From assembly GCA_051362555.1 (NCBI GenBank), contig CM120643.1, positions 26,168,848 through 26,232,847 on the forward strand: 64,000 nucleotides of DNA, in the 5' to 3' direction. The notes beneath the pieces were generated by a model. It did no database searches, was not told the origin of the DNA, and was given only the letters and a program-made list of their open reading frames with translations. Numbering within the stretch: the stretch's first letter is position 1; each line of letters starts with the position of its first letter. The DNA comes from Lingula anatina (Eukaryota; Animalia; Brachiopoda). This document shows, in pieces, positions 13,923 through 26,418 of the stretch. Position numbers and translations under genes: made by a program.

Positions 13923-14095
13923 CAGGCCCGTAGCCAGGAATTTCAATGGAGTTCGTGTTCTGAAAAAAATTACCCTTTTACCACGAAACCTTTGTGAACC
14001 TGGATCAAACTTTATCCAGAGCAGAACTTTTCCACGCAAAAAGGGCGGTTCGTTCAAACCCCCTCCCGTCCCCCTCTCCCCACGCCACGGGTTTG
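13923..14095. mobile_element. Short MITE, same family as 2389-2565
   Basis: Begins CAGGCCCGTAGCCAGG and ends GCCACGGGTTTG after a C-rich tract. Confidence 0.5.
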
Positions 14096-14687
14096 GAAGT
14101 GAATAAAACTTTAAAAAGTTAAAATTTGAAAGATACACATGAAAACTATGCAAGCACTACGTTGGTCGTAACATTGGCAGGAGTAAATTAGACGAAGTGT
14201 GTGAAAAATTTTACAGTTTAGCTTAGTCGACATCTTTCATTGGTAATTCTAATTCTCCGGAGCATATGGTTTACCAATTTTATCTTAATAAACAAGTTTG
14301 TCGATAGAGAGAACTACTCCATTAAAGTGAGAAAAACACCGTCTACTGTTATTATAAAATCATTTGTAATGTGTCATATAGTCATAGTTTGGTCGGTGAC
14401 ATTACAATATATTTTACTTAAGATAAGCACGATGTAGTTGCTACATGATGTAGTACCTATATATGTTGTCTTATCATAAGTCTCTCTACTGGAGTAGCAT
14501 GCAGTCTATTTAAATGACTGTCCGTACTTAATAATTAACGATCACTACGGGCTATATTTATGGTAAGAGGTATTAGTTATTGTATTAATAACGTTAAATA
14601 AAGATGCTATTTTTAGACACCTTGATAAATTTCATCAATTAAATTAATAAAACTGATATGTGGTAATAATGTTTTTGTTTGTTTGGT

Positions 14688-14726
<39 letters not shown>

Positions 14727-15429
14727 TATATCCCTCTTTTTCTTTCTTTCAACTTTCATACAAAATGCATGTACATATATTTGTGTTGCAGCCTTCTAGC
14801 TATAGTCGTGCAACAATATGAGTAAACGCGCGCGTGCCGCATTCTTCCGAGTAAAGTTAGGGTGGTGATCTCTACTCGCATTGTTATTTCGCCATATCTT
14901 GCAAACTATGTGGAACATTTTCCTGAAATTGTCAGAACTTCAAAACAATGTTACTCCAAAATTCTTGAAAATTTCGAGTGAAAATATTGAAAAAAGAATA
15001 ACAAAGAACAAAATACAAATTATGCATTGTGCCTTCACCGACGTAATTTCTTTTACTATTTTTAATTTATCCTGAATTCCATGAACAACTTATATTTGCG
15101 GTGCCATGAAAATATCCAAATAGACCAGAGCCCAAGCATTCTACATATATAAAGACAAATAGGTTATAAATAACTATGATTGAAATAGGACGGAAACAAC
15201 GAAAGCATGAGCATTTTTTCTATGAATCCGGAGTACAATAATCACACCGGTACCGCTGCACAACATGCCCTGAGTCAAAGAAATTAAAGACCAACTCTTT
15301 TTCTAACTTTCTTTTGTGAAACATGCCATTGGAGTCAAGGATGCCCCCCCCCCAAAGGAAAAATAAAACTCCCATTTCCTTTCCAGCAAGTGTTTTATTT
15401 TTCGAATTCTAAGTCTTTAAGGAACATAA

Positions 15430-15700
15430 CTTAAGGATACTGTAGGTGTTTGCCAACAACTCCTAATTTACTGCCTTACATACAATTTTTGGATAACGAA
15501 TAAATCTTCAGTGTTCAGAGACTAAGTTAACGTGCACACACGTCATTTTACGGGTGGCGTCATAATTGCGATTTTTGGGTAAAGGTATAAAAAAATCTCA
15601 AATTTCTCCTATACGTGAGCACCCACGAACGCCGTTTTAGAGCCAGTTTTATAGAACCAGTTAGCATTCCAAAATCCTGCCAGCGGTATATCTTAAAAGT
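15430..15700 (+). repeat. Dispersed repeat (3 copies: ~13655-13860, 15430-15700, 21250-21520), probably an old DNA transposon
   Basis: All three share TTTACTGCCTTACATACA...GGTG(A/G)C(A/G)TCAT...TCTCAAATTTCT; two also share GAGCACCCACGA. This copy starts TTAA-GG (Kolobok-like, tentative). Confidence 0.55.
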
Positions 15701-15992
15701 CTCATATTTTTACGTTAAATTGGTAAGGACAAGCAATGCAAATAGCAGTTTGACCTCTTGACCTCAAAATCGTTCTTTTGAACGTAAGTTAATACGCTAC
15801 AACTAAAATCCCTAAAATTTATCTGAAAAAGTCATGTTGACAAGTTTTCGAGCATAGACAAATGTTGTGACCTTTGCAATCAAATATTTTACGATTCTCG
15901 ACGGATTTTACCACAGCAAACAAAAGTGGTTTGAAGCCAAAATGATTTTGTCTCTAACATTGGAAGAAGACCCTTTGAGACGAGATGCCCTG

Positions 15993-16728
15993 GCCCCCGT
16001 TTCACAAAGAATCTTAAATCCGTAGTCGACTAGCTCGAGCTGGGTGGCCTAGCTAGGTCGACTTAGCTGAAGTCGACTAGGAGTGTTTCACAAAGAATCT
16101 AACGTCTTAGCTTGGCGTGCTTAGCGTAGTCGACGCGCACGAGAAACTCTTCAAGAAAAGGAGGTGTAAAATTGCAAAAGTTTCACAAGACATGACGTTT
16201 CATGGCCTCTTTCGGCCGAGAACGATCGTTTATCAACAATAAGAGTCAGCCAAAACACAAACAAAGTTTGTTTTTGAACTTTATTGTTAAGTTTAACTTC
16301 AATACAACTTCAAAGTAACAGTTAAACATTAGCTTGTCGTGGAACACTACTGAGGGACGTCTAGCGGTCAAAAACATAAACAAACACGCGATCGGCTGGG
16401 TAAAGTGGAATTTTATTTTTTATTTTAATATTCCATAAATGTCAGTGCTATTCAAGGATATTATAACACAATATCTTGAAGGAGGTATGTTCTCTCCAAG
16501 TTTTTGTTGTTTATGCTCTCATTTACCGAGTTTTAGTTGAGCTTGCCGACTTAAGTCTCCTCCCGAGGAGGCTTGACATCGTCGACTTACAGCTAAGAAA
16601 AAAACGACGTAAGCGACCTTTTAGATTCTTTGTGAAACGGGACTTAGTGACGTAACGACTTTTAATTACGTTGGTAACCAAGCCCTAAGTCAGGGAAACC
16701 GACTTAAGTTTTTTTGTGAAACGGGGGC
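15993..16728. mobile_element. Non-autonomous TIR element (PIF/Harbinger-like MITE), 736 bp
   Basis: TIRs GCCCCCGTTTCACAAA / TTTGTGAAACGGGGGC, CTG duplicated on both flanks (15990-15992, 16729-16731), and internal subterminal copies of GTTTCACAAAGAATCT (~16086 and inverted ~16623). Confidence 0.8.
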
Positions 16729-16763
16729 CTGAATGACACAATTCTGATGTATGTAGTAAATGC

Positions 16764-18032
16764 TTGTATAATGCATACACAAGGCACCTGTGAGCAGATC
16801 TAATTACGTATACATAATTTGTAATTTTCTTTGTTGAAGATATAATAATTCACTTGGTTGTTATGTGCCAAACGTTGTGTCGATCTCTCAAAGAAACCAA
16901 GGGATATCTCAGCAGCACATGCCATTGATGTCTCCGTCGCACTGACCTTATAGCGATATCAAAATATTTGATTATATTACACCTTCAACAGCAAACAATT
17001 GGAGTTAGCAATCTGACCCCTTTACCTTGCAAATGACCTTTTTGGACACATTTGTCGAGAGTTTAACCCTTGGAGAATGGGGCGTCAAATGATATGCAGT
17101 GTCCAGATTTGAGGTAGCTTGAACCCTGGTTTGTAATCATTTATCCATATTTGGGGCATCATCTTTTCCTTAAAAAAATTCTTCATGAATTGGATGATTT
17201 ATATTTTCCTAAGTTTTTCACTGTAAAACACTGATGCATGTTCTTTCATCCTTAAATCTAGTAATTAATGAGAAAAATGCAAATGGCACTTTTACCTTGG
17301 ACGTAATCATTATTATGTCCAACCCTTAACTAAGAACATTCTGACACCAATTCACTTACAAATGGTTTTAAAAGAAACTCCATAATGAGTTATTTGTAAA
17401 TCACTGGAAACATTTTAATGATATTGATATAAAAAGCATGTGTGAGGTTAACGCGACGAAAATGAAAAAGGTCCTTTTACACGCAATTCCCTGACGCAGT
17501 TTTGAAGTACGTGGTAAACGATTGTATAATGCATACACAAGGTACATGTAAGCAGACCTAATTACGTATACGCAATTTGTATTTTTCTTTGTTGAAGATA
17601 TAATAATTTACTTGGTTGTTATATACCAAGCGTTGTGTCGTTCTCTCAAAGAAACTAAGGGACTTCTCAGCTGCACATGCCATTGATGTCTCCGTCGCAC
17701 TTACCTTATAGCGATATCAAAATGTTTATGTTACAGCAACAGCAAACAGTCGGAATTAGCAGTCTGACCTCTTTACCTCGCACATGACCCTTAAGGACAC
17801 ATTTGTCGCGAGTTCAAGTGAACTGTCCTTAACGTCTTCCTCTTTGATAAGAAATAACCAATGGTATCCGACATCAACACTCAAGTTCTTGGAAACCCCA
17901 ATGATGTGCAGTTGTCCAGATTTGAGGTAACTTGAACCCTGGTTTGTATTTAATTATACATCTTTGGGGCATCATCTTTTCCTTAAAGAATTCTTCATGG
18001 AATGGAAGTTTTATATTTTTCTTAAGTTTTTC
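16764..18032 (+). repeat. Direct duplication of ~460-510 bp (16764-17219 and 17522-18032)
   Basis: Both copies start TTGTATAATGCATACACAAGG and share GCACATGCCATTGATGTCTCCGTCGCACT...GTCCAGATTTGAGGTA...GGGGCATCATCTTTTCCTTAAA. Confidence 0.85.
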
Positions 18033-18106
18033 TTCCCAGTTTGTGTAATTGACCAATCACTGAATTTGTCAACTCACTCCGTATCATAAACAAGATAACA
18101 TAACTG

Positions 18107-18232
18107 TATATAAGTGTCCACTAAGGCCCGTTGAAACAGCTGCAGTCATTCCCTGGCCACTGTGTTTAGGAAACTGAACCTTAAATTTGACTTGAAGACA
18201 GCTACGCGGTCTGTTTTGCTTAAATAGTAAAG
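18107..18232 (+). promoter_or_regulatory. TATA box and non-coding first exon of BRICHOS copy 1
   Basis: TATATAAG at 18107-18114, donor AAG|GTAAGC at 18232/18233, and acceptor TTTTTTCAG one base before the ATG (18622). All three are conserved in copy 2. Confidence 0.65.
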
Positions 18233-18623
18233 GTAAGCTGTGTCTTCCTATACAGGTAATATATACAACATATTTCTCTTAGAGAAATAGAAAATGTGCT
18301 TGCAGTCTTTATGAAACGCCAGGTATTCATACATCTTACAAAATCATCAGAAATCATTATACAAGTAAAAATATGTATACCAACGATTAAAACCGAAGGG
18401 AAATAGCAAATGTTTGTATCATGCAGCGAATATATTAATTTGATATCCTGTGAGTAACTACATATTAAATGCGAAACTACATGTAGCATTATATAAATCT
18501 GTTTTGACGTCTTATTGCTGATTAAATATTTATATTGTGTCACTTCAAGCTATCCCTTCTTATCAATCTTCCCCTGGAAGCCTTGTATAAGGGCATATCA
18601 TTTTTGGTGTTTTTTTTTTCAGC

Positions 18624-21600
18624 ATGGCATCTTTGAAGACGCTTGTTATTTTCATGTTGTGTTTTGCCTATCAGGTACCTGGAAGCCCAGTGTGGAAGGA
18701 GGTAATGATCAATCGTATTCGTTGTATAACGCCCGTGCATTTAATGTGCCATTATATTTAAATATGTACCCGGTATATCTCTAACAAACAATGAATATAT
18801 ATATATATTGTTTTTAATTATTATACATTGTAAAACTATTTACGTAAGCCAACACTAAATACGTCTGGGACGCCTACTAAAGAATTCCTACAAAGACCAT
18901 TCCCTGACCCTATCGTACTAACATTGGATCAAACTATCTCCAAGGGGATTCTCGTTTTATTGCAATTAACTAAAGCGGCTTAGATGTCTGTAACGCCTAC
19001 TGAAACTGATTGGGAGGTAATTAACTATCGTTCAGCAGCTTTAGCAGGCGTACCAGACATCTAATCCACTTAAACTGAAAGCAATTTAGCGAGCAACTCC
19101 GTGGAGATGGACCGATCCTGTTAGATCGAAATAGGTATGGGAACTCAGTCATAGTCTCTGGGAATGGTCTCTAACTATGGTAATTATAGTATTTGAAATG
19201 TTAACGGGATTTGATAGTATAGTTGCAAGCCTACGCGGCCAAATACGTCATTTTTAAACATTTCTTACAGTACTTCAGTGTCCAAGTAAGAGAGGGTAAA
19301 GCTGATTTCATTGAAAAGGTTGAAATCGACATGGTAAAGCAACAGACCTATCTTCATGTCCCTGCACACAACACCTTACAAGAGACGGAGACCTTAAGTG
19401 ACATTAAAAATGTGAGTGTTTGCCACACACTACTACTTCACAACTTTCATCTTAGCATTCGCATGAAACAAAAATGCCGTGGGTATCCAATGCAGCTGTT
19501 TAAGTGTTCAGGGTTAATGTTTTTTTCTAATCAAAATGAAGCAACATGTCTGTAGGCCACATGTTTAACTGGAGTGTAGTAATGTATTAGTAGCTAATGC
19601 GGGTATTAACGGCGATGATAAAGCCGGGCCTTGCTTTTCTAAAACTATTAGGTACACTGGCTTCATGAACTGGCAATTGGGCACTTCCAAAGTTTCAGAG
19701 AAACTAAATGATATTTGTTGTCCAGGGTTATTCCATCCTGTGCTACAAACGAGACGGATACTGTATTCTGAGAAAAACTGAAGACACCGGTTTTGGAGAT
19801 ATTGACGCACTAAAGAGAGGCATGGAAAATGTACAGGTGAGACAACAAAATTAAAATATTTTACCACGTATGTCTGTAAATAATATATAACTACTTAAAA
19901 TAAACTCTCAGTCAAATGTCATTTCACAGCTGTCTATCAAGTATACATGTTATCATTTATGTCAATCTTGGGAGCAACCAAAATAATGCCACATGTAAGG
20001 TCTTTCATATTTAGTAAGTCCGCTTTTTTAAACAACAGACAAATATATTTCGTTACTGTAATCCACTTGCTATCACCATTATGTATTAATAATCTCCGTG
20101 CTTTTTACTGCAAATATACACATAGCCCGTTATAAATGATCAAGCCTTAAATCTAATAATCACATATGCATGGATTGATTTTGTCAGCTTATCAAATTTC
20201 TCTATTATCGACATAAAGTTTTTTTATATATTTATAAAGAATATTATTATTTGCATATCCTTTAGCTTTTCTCCCTTTTATTATTTTTAAAAAATATGTG
20301 CAGTTTTTAATTTTATACAGTATAGTATTTGTACAGAGCCCTGAGACGTCTGTGTTGCGTGGTTTTAAAAACTAAATTATTATTCTTATTTTCCATTGCA
20401 ATTATCCAATTTTCTTGCGTTACGTGAATCTTTTTATTAAATCTCAAATACAACAATGAAGTATGAAATCACATTTTTTAGATAAAGGGAGGCCAAATGA
20501 ACGCTAGTGCTTCTATGGTTGTCCATCAGTATCTTTCTATTAGTCCCAAACCAATCACCGACCTTTCCTTCCTGACAAGTGACACCATTACATTCCTGGG
20601 CGGTCGGCCACTCCATAACAGTACTACCTACAAGCTGCCGCCTAAGGCCAAGTTCCTTGCAGGTAAGAATCTGTATAAGTAAATTCGAATTAATTATTTC
20701 AGTAATTGTAAGAAGAGTTTTTGCAATAAATGTATATATTATATAAGCAATGTACGAATGTACAATGAGTAATGAATGCCCAGAAACAAATTTACAGACT
20801 CGACAAAAGTATTGCTAATCTCATATTGTGTTTTAAGTGGGTAAGCTTTAGGTGAATGCTTAAGTCTGCCAGCCTTCACGTCATCCTCCGCTAACAAAGG
20901 AGGATGGTTTATAATTTATCGCGCAGGTTTTGCCGTTTATCAAGATATCTCAAAAATGTTCTCACAAATCTTGATGAAATGTGCAGGTGAGAAATCTATG
21001 CTGGATGGTAATATGTTACAATTTCAAGTAAATTCGGGTCACTTCATGTTATTCCATGATGAAGTATTCCTTTCTTGTTGGAGCATGTCCTCTGAACAGT
21101 GACCGAGCCTTACGTTCCTAACGTGTTTTATCCCACGCCAGCTGTTCAATGCATTATGGTAGCTAGGGTATTTGTATATCATTTTTCAACAGCGCTTCTA
21201 ATGTTAAAATTGTTAACTGCATTAAATATAATGTCAACCTTATCCCCCAAATCTTTTTTTACTGCCTTACATACATTTTTTATAATAAATAAATCTTCAA
21301 CTAGATTAATTAACACGTATACATATGTCGTCTTGTGGGTGACATCATTATTACGATTTTGGGGTAAAAACTGAAAAATCGGTTTCTCAAATTTCTTTTT
21401 TACCCGAGCACCCACGATCACCGTTTCAACGCCGATTTAACGACATTTAGTACTCTAAAAACCTTGTCAGCGATTATTCTTAATCTTTGTTCAGATTTTA
21501 TCGTTGATAAAGCTAAATAATCCCTTTGTTTCTTGAAAATCTTAAAATAAGGGCTCATTACTCCATAACATAAACATTCAAACCAAAACGACGGCACGGG

Positions 21601-22603
21601 ATTGTAGACTGTACATTCTTGGACAACTCTGCCGATTTTCGTGATAAAATTTTGTTCAGGGATGAAGCTATGCACCATGCCGATTGCTATCCTCAAACTA
21701 GAAAGGTGTTTTAACAATTAAAAAATTGACGATTAAAGCTCTGAGTTGCCTATACTTATACATTGCAACGAAATGATATAAACGCCGATATTTTATATTT
21801 TCGAGGATTTTCCATTGTATTAAATCAACACAATAGATGCATTATTGAATAATAAGATGCAGAAAAACCCAGTATCGGTGTCTGGGTGATAATTAAGGAT
21901 AACAATTTCGTTAAATTCAGTCTAAGTCCCTCGACGGAAAATATGTGCCGACTGTTATAAAAAAGGAACCAAAGCATTAGAATAAAGGACCTGCTACCAA
22001 TAATTTTGAAGATGATGTACTTATGATATATCTGTCCGACACCAATTTGTTAATTATGAAATTTTCCATCCACTGTCCAAAATATTATTCCGATTGCTCG
22101 GCAATTACCCATTTCAGATTTGTTGCTACAGTCAATGAGTGACTTTAAAGTTTAAAAACTTTGGAGTCAGTTACTGCAGAACCTGTGAGAAACTTCATTG
22201 CTTTTGCTTTTTTTATACATGCATTTTGCTCGACTTTTTTCCATCTTCTGTTTTCAGTGAAGTTAATACATTTGCGTTTCATTTTTTAGATTCCACTTCA
22301 GACAACAGGAGTAAAAAGAGGGCTGCATTGTTACCATTTAAAGTCTATTACTCTTTAAACAACATTAAAAATGTGAAAATATTTCCGTGTGAAGAAAAGC
22401 CAGAGATGGTTTATGGTTACACTGCAAGCTCAGCATGCGAATACATTTCAGTTTGTGGTCGTGACCCAAACAATCACTCCTGCCCACGTATACACTTTAC
22501 ACAACGCACACTGCTGCAATGCGTCTGTTGCAAAGGAGTGTACATTATGAGTAAATGTGATTGTTTCGAAACTAATACACAATTGTCAGTACAAGATTAT
22601 TGA
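18624..22603 (+). CDS. Secreted BRICHOS-domain precursor with C-terminal Cys-rich peptide, copy 1 (274 aa)
   Basis: Coding exons 18624-18701, 19271-19411, 19726-19836, 20482-20662, 22290-22603 all have GT-AG boundaries, phases 0/0/0/1, and join in frame. Signal peptide MASLKTLVIFMLCFAYQVPG. BRICHOS-like VEID..KQQTYLHVPAHN...SDIKNGYSILCYKRDGYCIL. Basic site RSKKR precedes a 93-aa peptide with 9 Cys. AATAAA at 22688 and 22698. The same exon structure occurs in copy 2. Confidence 0.85.
18894..19170. mobile_element. Fold-back MITE in the first coding intron of BRICHOS copy 1
   Basis: Terminal AGACCATTCCC / GGGAATGGTCT and internal inverted arms TTAGATGTCTG..CGCCT / AGGCG..CAGACATCTAA. Absent from copy 2. 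A related copy lies at ~42120-42330. Confidence 0.6.
20880..21060 (+). mobile_element. Helentron/DINE-1-like non-autonomous remnant in the last BRICHOS intron
   Basis: CCTCCGC...GGAGG short inverted repeat followed by GATATCTCAAAAA...AATCTTGATGAAAT. A homologous remnant in copy 2 (~32935-33015) shows it predates the duplication. Confidence 0.4.
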
Positions 22604-23016
22604 ACATGTTTGTTGCTAAATTTTGTCAGAATCTGAGATCGTATCGAATTGATAATATTCTCAACTATTACATGAATGATGGTTTACAATAAACATTAAT
22701 AAATACTAATATGTAGCAATTACTCATAATTCGTGTGAGCAGTAGCTTTTTCAATGCAATAATAACATTCAAATGAGAAGTACGAAACTATGTAATTTAG
22801 TAGAACTCTTAAGTATCAAAATTGCTTGTGGTTAATATCGAACAAACATAAGTACAGTGTCGCTTGCAATACAAAATTGCTTAAATTAGAATGGCACCTT
22901 AGTTGCCTTGGTAACAAAAGCGTTAGATCCGCAGTTTGTCAAAAAATCAAATACCAGTGGAAAGATATAATAAAATTGCTGAATAATATATGACAACGCT
23001 TTTTGACTGATTTTTG

Positions 23017-23053
<37 letters not shown>

Positions 23054-23115
23054 ACATTAGTCGTATATATAGTGGAGTAAATATATATATATTTGATAAT
23101 GACTACACTATCTAT

Positions 23116-24125
23116 TACCCTGAGTGTCAGAGCAACGTAAAAATTAGCTTGTAAATATTAAATATACCTTGGAGTCATTTTTACTAGCTCTGAAGACCAA
23201 CGACCATGTTAGGCTTCCGTCAATCAAATAGAACTGCTCCGCAGTGAAACTGCAGTTGAATGTCATTAGACCAAAATGAAACGTAAAACAAATTTAATTC
23301 TGCTTTATTTAATTTAATTTACTGTATTTAAAAAATAAATGAAAAAATAAATAATATTCCTCAAAAAGAAAAGATATATCCAATGTTTTTGTATTTTTTG
23401 CTTATCAAAGAACATTTAGTCCTGAGATATACATGTGCACAATACACGTGCTTGCCGTGTGCCAAATTTGACAGCTACACTGTATGCCCGATACCACTTT
23501 AAGGGCTGCGCAATGGCTACACGAAAATCAGTTTTTACAGCAGAATGTTGCTTGTATTGTGGCACTGACCTTAGACAGCAAGATATTTTCAATTCAAACT
23601 TCTTACTCCGCGTCAGGCACTTTAATTGCTTCTTGTTTCGTCTGCACGAGATAACTTCAGCGCACGGCGGGAAAGGCAGCTCTAGGCGGCCGAACCTGTG
23701 ACGTACGAGACTTATGACTTCCAAATATGGATCCAGGCGGACACAGCTGTGACGTGTGACTTCCAAATATGGAAGCGCCCCAGGCAGGATTTTGAAGAAG
23801 AACGCCCCCGAGTTGCCGCTGTTCGCTAGAGCCTGGTATTGCTACTATGGGTTATATATGAAATCAAGATCGAGCTGGCAATACCGGAATCTAGAACCTA
23901 GGGTACTATCTATATGCTCTCGTATACATTGTCAATACAACATAGTTGTGTTCCGGCAGGACATTACCTAGCATTACAAATTGCGCCGTCTAGAATGAGT
24001 TTAACGTCGAGATTTTCTTTAATAATAAAATTAATAAAATAATAAATGTAATTTGGATTTCCCATAAATATATGGGGGGTGGGGTCCAATATAACAAATG
24101 CTGAAAAAAAAGCATAATCCTTAGC
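23116..24125 (+). mobile_element. ~1-kb insertion starting TA-CCCTGAGTGTCAGAG, absent from duplication copy B
   Basis: It interrupts colinearity with ~34680-34700. Its first ~470 bp recur inverted at 26419-26870. The right boundary is approximate. Confidence 0.6.
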
Positions 24126-25870
24126 TATATATCTGGTTTCGGTTTTACAAGGAATCTGTTGACCAAAATTACTTGCATTATTTTTTCTTAGTTCATTTCA
24201 AGATAAATTCGTAGAAGTCCATGGTAAATATTGTTCTGTCACGTTAGCTACTCCTTATGTGTTATAATACAGGCAATCAGGCATTATATTTCACCCCACC
24301 GGACCACTACTGAATACATATACATACTGTATTTAGTCATGCTTTTTGCTTGTCGTTTTGTTTTGAAAAAATTCCCTGGTGTCGGTGGGTTAACACCACA
24401 CCCTCCCCCATTACATTGCAGGAGGCAGTTTAGTGCCTGATTTTCGAATTCTCGATTCTGGTCTTAAAAGAATATGCATTACCTAGACCCCTTTTGGAAT
24501 TCATTCAAAATGCATAAAATTGGATTAAAATTACATAATGAATAAATGCACACATATTTCGTTTTCATGGTGCATTCTAGGAACGTTGTTCCTGTAAACA
24601 ATATTCACATGATAAAAAGGGTATGCAATTTTTGATATGGCAAAGACTTAACATTTTTACCTGTAATAAAATGTACAAATTCGTGTAACGGCAACTTCGC
24701 CATATTGTTGGATGCACCACGGCTAGCCCTCTTTTTCTATCTTCAAAGCAAACATAAAGAAACTTTGCTAGTGCTGCAATGAATGGTATCTCAGTGGATT
24801 CCACGATAAAAATAATTCATTACCCCTGCTGCAATCATTGAAAGCTAACACATTGCGTTATAGAAGCTTAAAATCTCAACTAACACCATCACAAAAACTG
24901 TACAACTCAGACTCCGAGATATCACTTCTTTGCACTTTGCACGTTTTATTAATATCAAGTAACACTGTCACACACAAAATAAAAACAAACTTTTTAGTAC
25001 AAAATGCAAAAAAATGATGGAAAAATGGATGCCAGCCAACATCAATTCATGAATAATATCTGAATGCAGTCAATGTTTGATTTGGCTTCAGTCGCCTATA
25101 AGTGTGCTGGTATCATCAATTCGACGATATTTAAACTGAAAATATTAAAAGCCTTGTCTCATTGAAATCAGTTTTCCAAACAGTTGAAATTAACAAGCAT
25201 TACCTGTTGTCCCACTTGTTACTAAGGAGGGTGGTCTCTAGAAAGGCCACAGCGAGACATGTTGTTTTTTCATGAATAAATAATTTTTTAATTACAAGTT
25301 TACATTCTGCCAAGTCTTTGGCACTAGAGACCAAAAGTATTCTTCATAGAAATAATTCCATTAAAGCGTCCCTTGTAATTTACTGGAATAAAGAAGAAGT
25401 AGTAGAAGAAGAAGAATTTGTATTATAGAAATTTTATTTTAGACTTTTCAAAATATTTTAAATGGACATTTTTCTTTTAACTTTCCAGACCATTACTTTT
25501 CAATCTAAAATATCCCTTAAACGCTATATTATTTAATTTTAAACTCTGCAAAACACATCTTTATGGATTTCATACTCTATATAAATTTATTATTATTATC
25601 ATTTATTATATAAGAAAGGGAACGTGCACACACGCTGAGGGATACACTGGAGAGTTCGTGTTCTTATTACTGTAAAATGTCCGTAGTTGCAATATTATTT
25701 CAAACCTCCTTTTGACAGCGTGTACGGGTAGGATTGTGAGAAAGGGGGTTTGAGGGCGCTAAAAAGTGTATAACCCCCTTTGTGACAGTATGGAATGTCA
25801 ATAGGATACTTCTATCCCCCTACACACATAAACACGCGCCGCACTTCCCTTCCTTCTCTCTCAAACACGT

Positions 25871-25904
<34 letters not shown>

Positions 25905-26227
25905 AATTGCACCTACCCAACCCCACGCGCTTTGTAAATTTTTCTTACTGGGCAGTGAAGTGCCTCAAACTGGAACAAGTATTTGTCACGTGTAAAGCAT
26001 TATTTAAACGCGTCTCAGATTTTTGTCTCGGGTACATGTAGTTAGGCTGTTTATAAAAATCATTAACGATATGATATAAAAATCCATAGATATTTTACAC
26101 TGCTTAAATAGAACGATAAATACAGAGAAGCCAAAAACATGACGTGTATGTTAAACATTAAAGTAAATTATAAAAAATACATTCTCCACTTATGAAAAAT
26201 ATACGTGCCATAATATCGTCACTCTTT

Positions 26228-26418
26228 TTAATTTGTTTTCTTCTCCTTGGTGCCGAAAAGCGAACTCGAAAAATACATTGTTCTTTTATTTACGTATCTA
26301 AGGCACCAAATAACCAAAAAAATTGCGAACGTGAAAACGGCACAAATAAATAGCATAATGTCCAACAAAAAGTATTCGTACCACGCCAGTCGATAGGTGG
26401 CGTATGACCGAAAGAAAA
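26228..26418 (-). pseudogene. 5'-truncated duplicate of the UGT 3' end (TM helix plus KKTN tail)
   Basis: Matches 36888-37078 with only 2 substitutions in 191 nt. Homology stops abruptly at 26418, where a transposon-like segment begins. Confidence 0.85.

Larger units (their letters stand above)
18050..26418 (+). repeat. Segmental duplication, copy A (BRICHOS gene, intergenic DNA, UGT 3' end)
   Basis: Colinear with ~29090-37078 at an offset of ~10.7-11 kb, including introns, microsatellites and intergenic DNA. Confidence 0.85.

Noticed and set aside
16041-16049. Gli-like GGCCACCCA on the minus strand
   Set aside because: It lies inside a MITE and is a single short motif with no other support.
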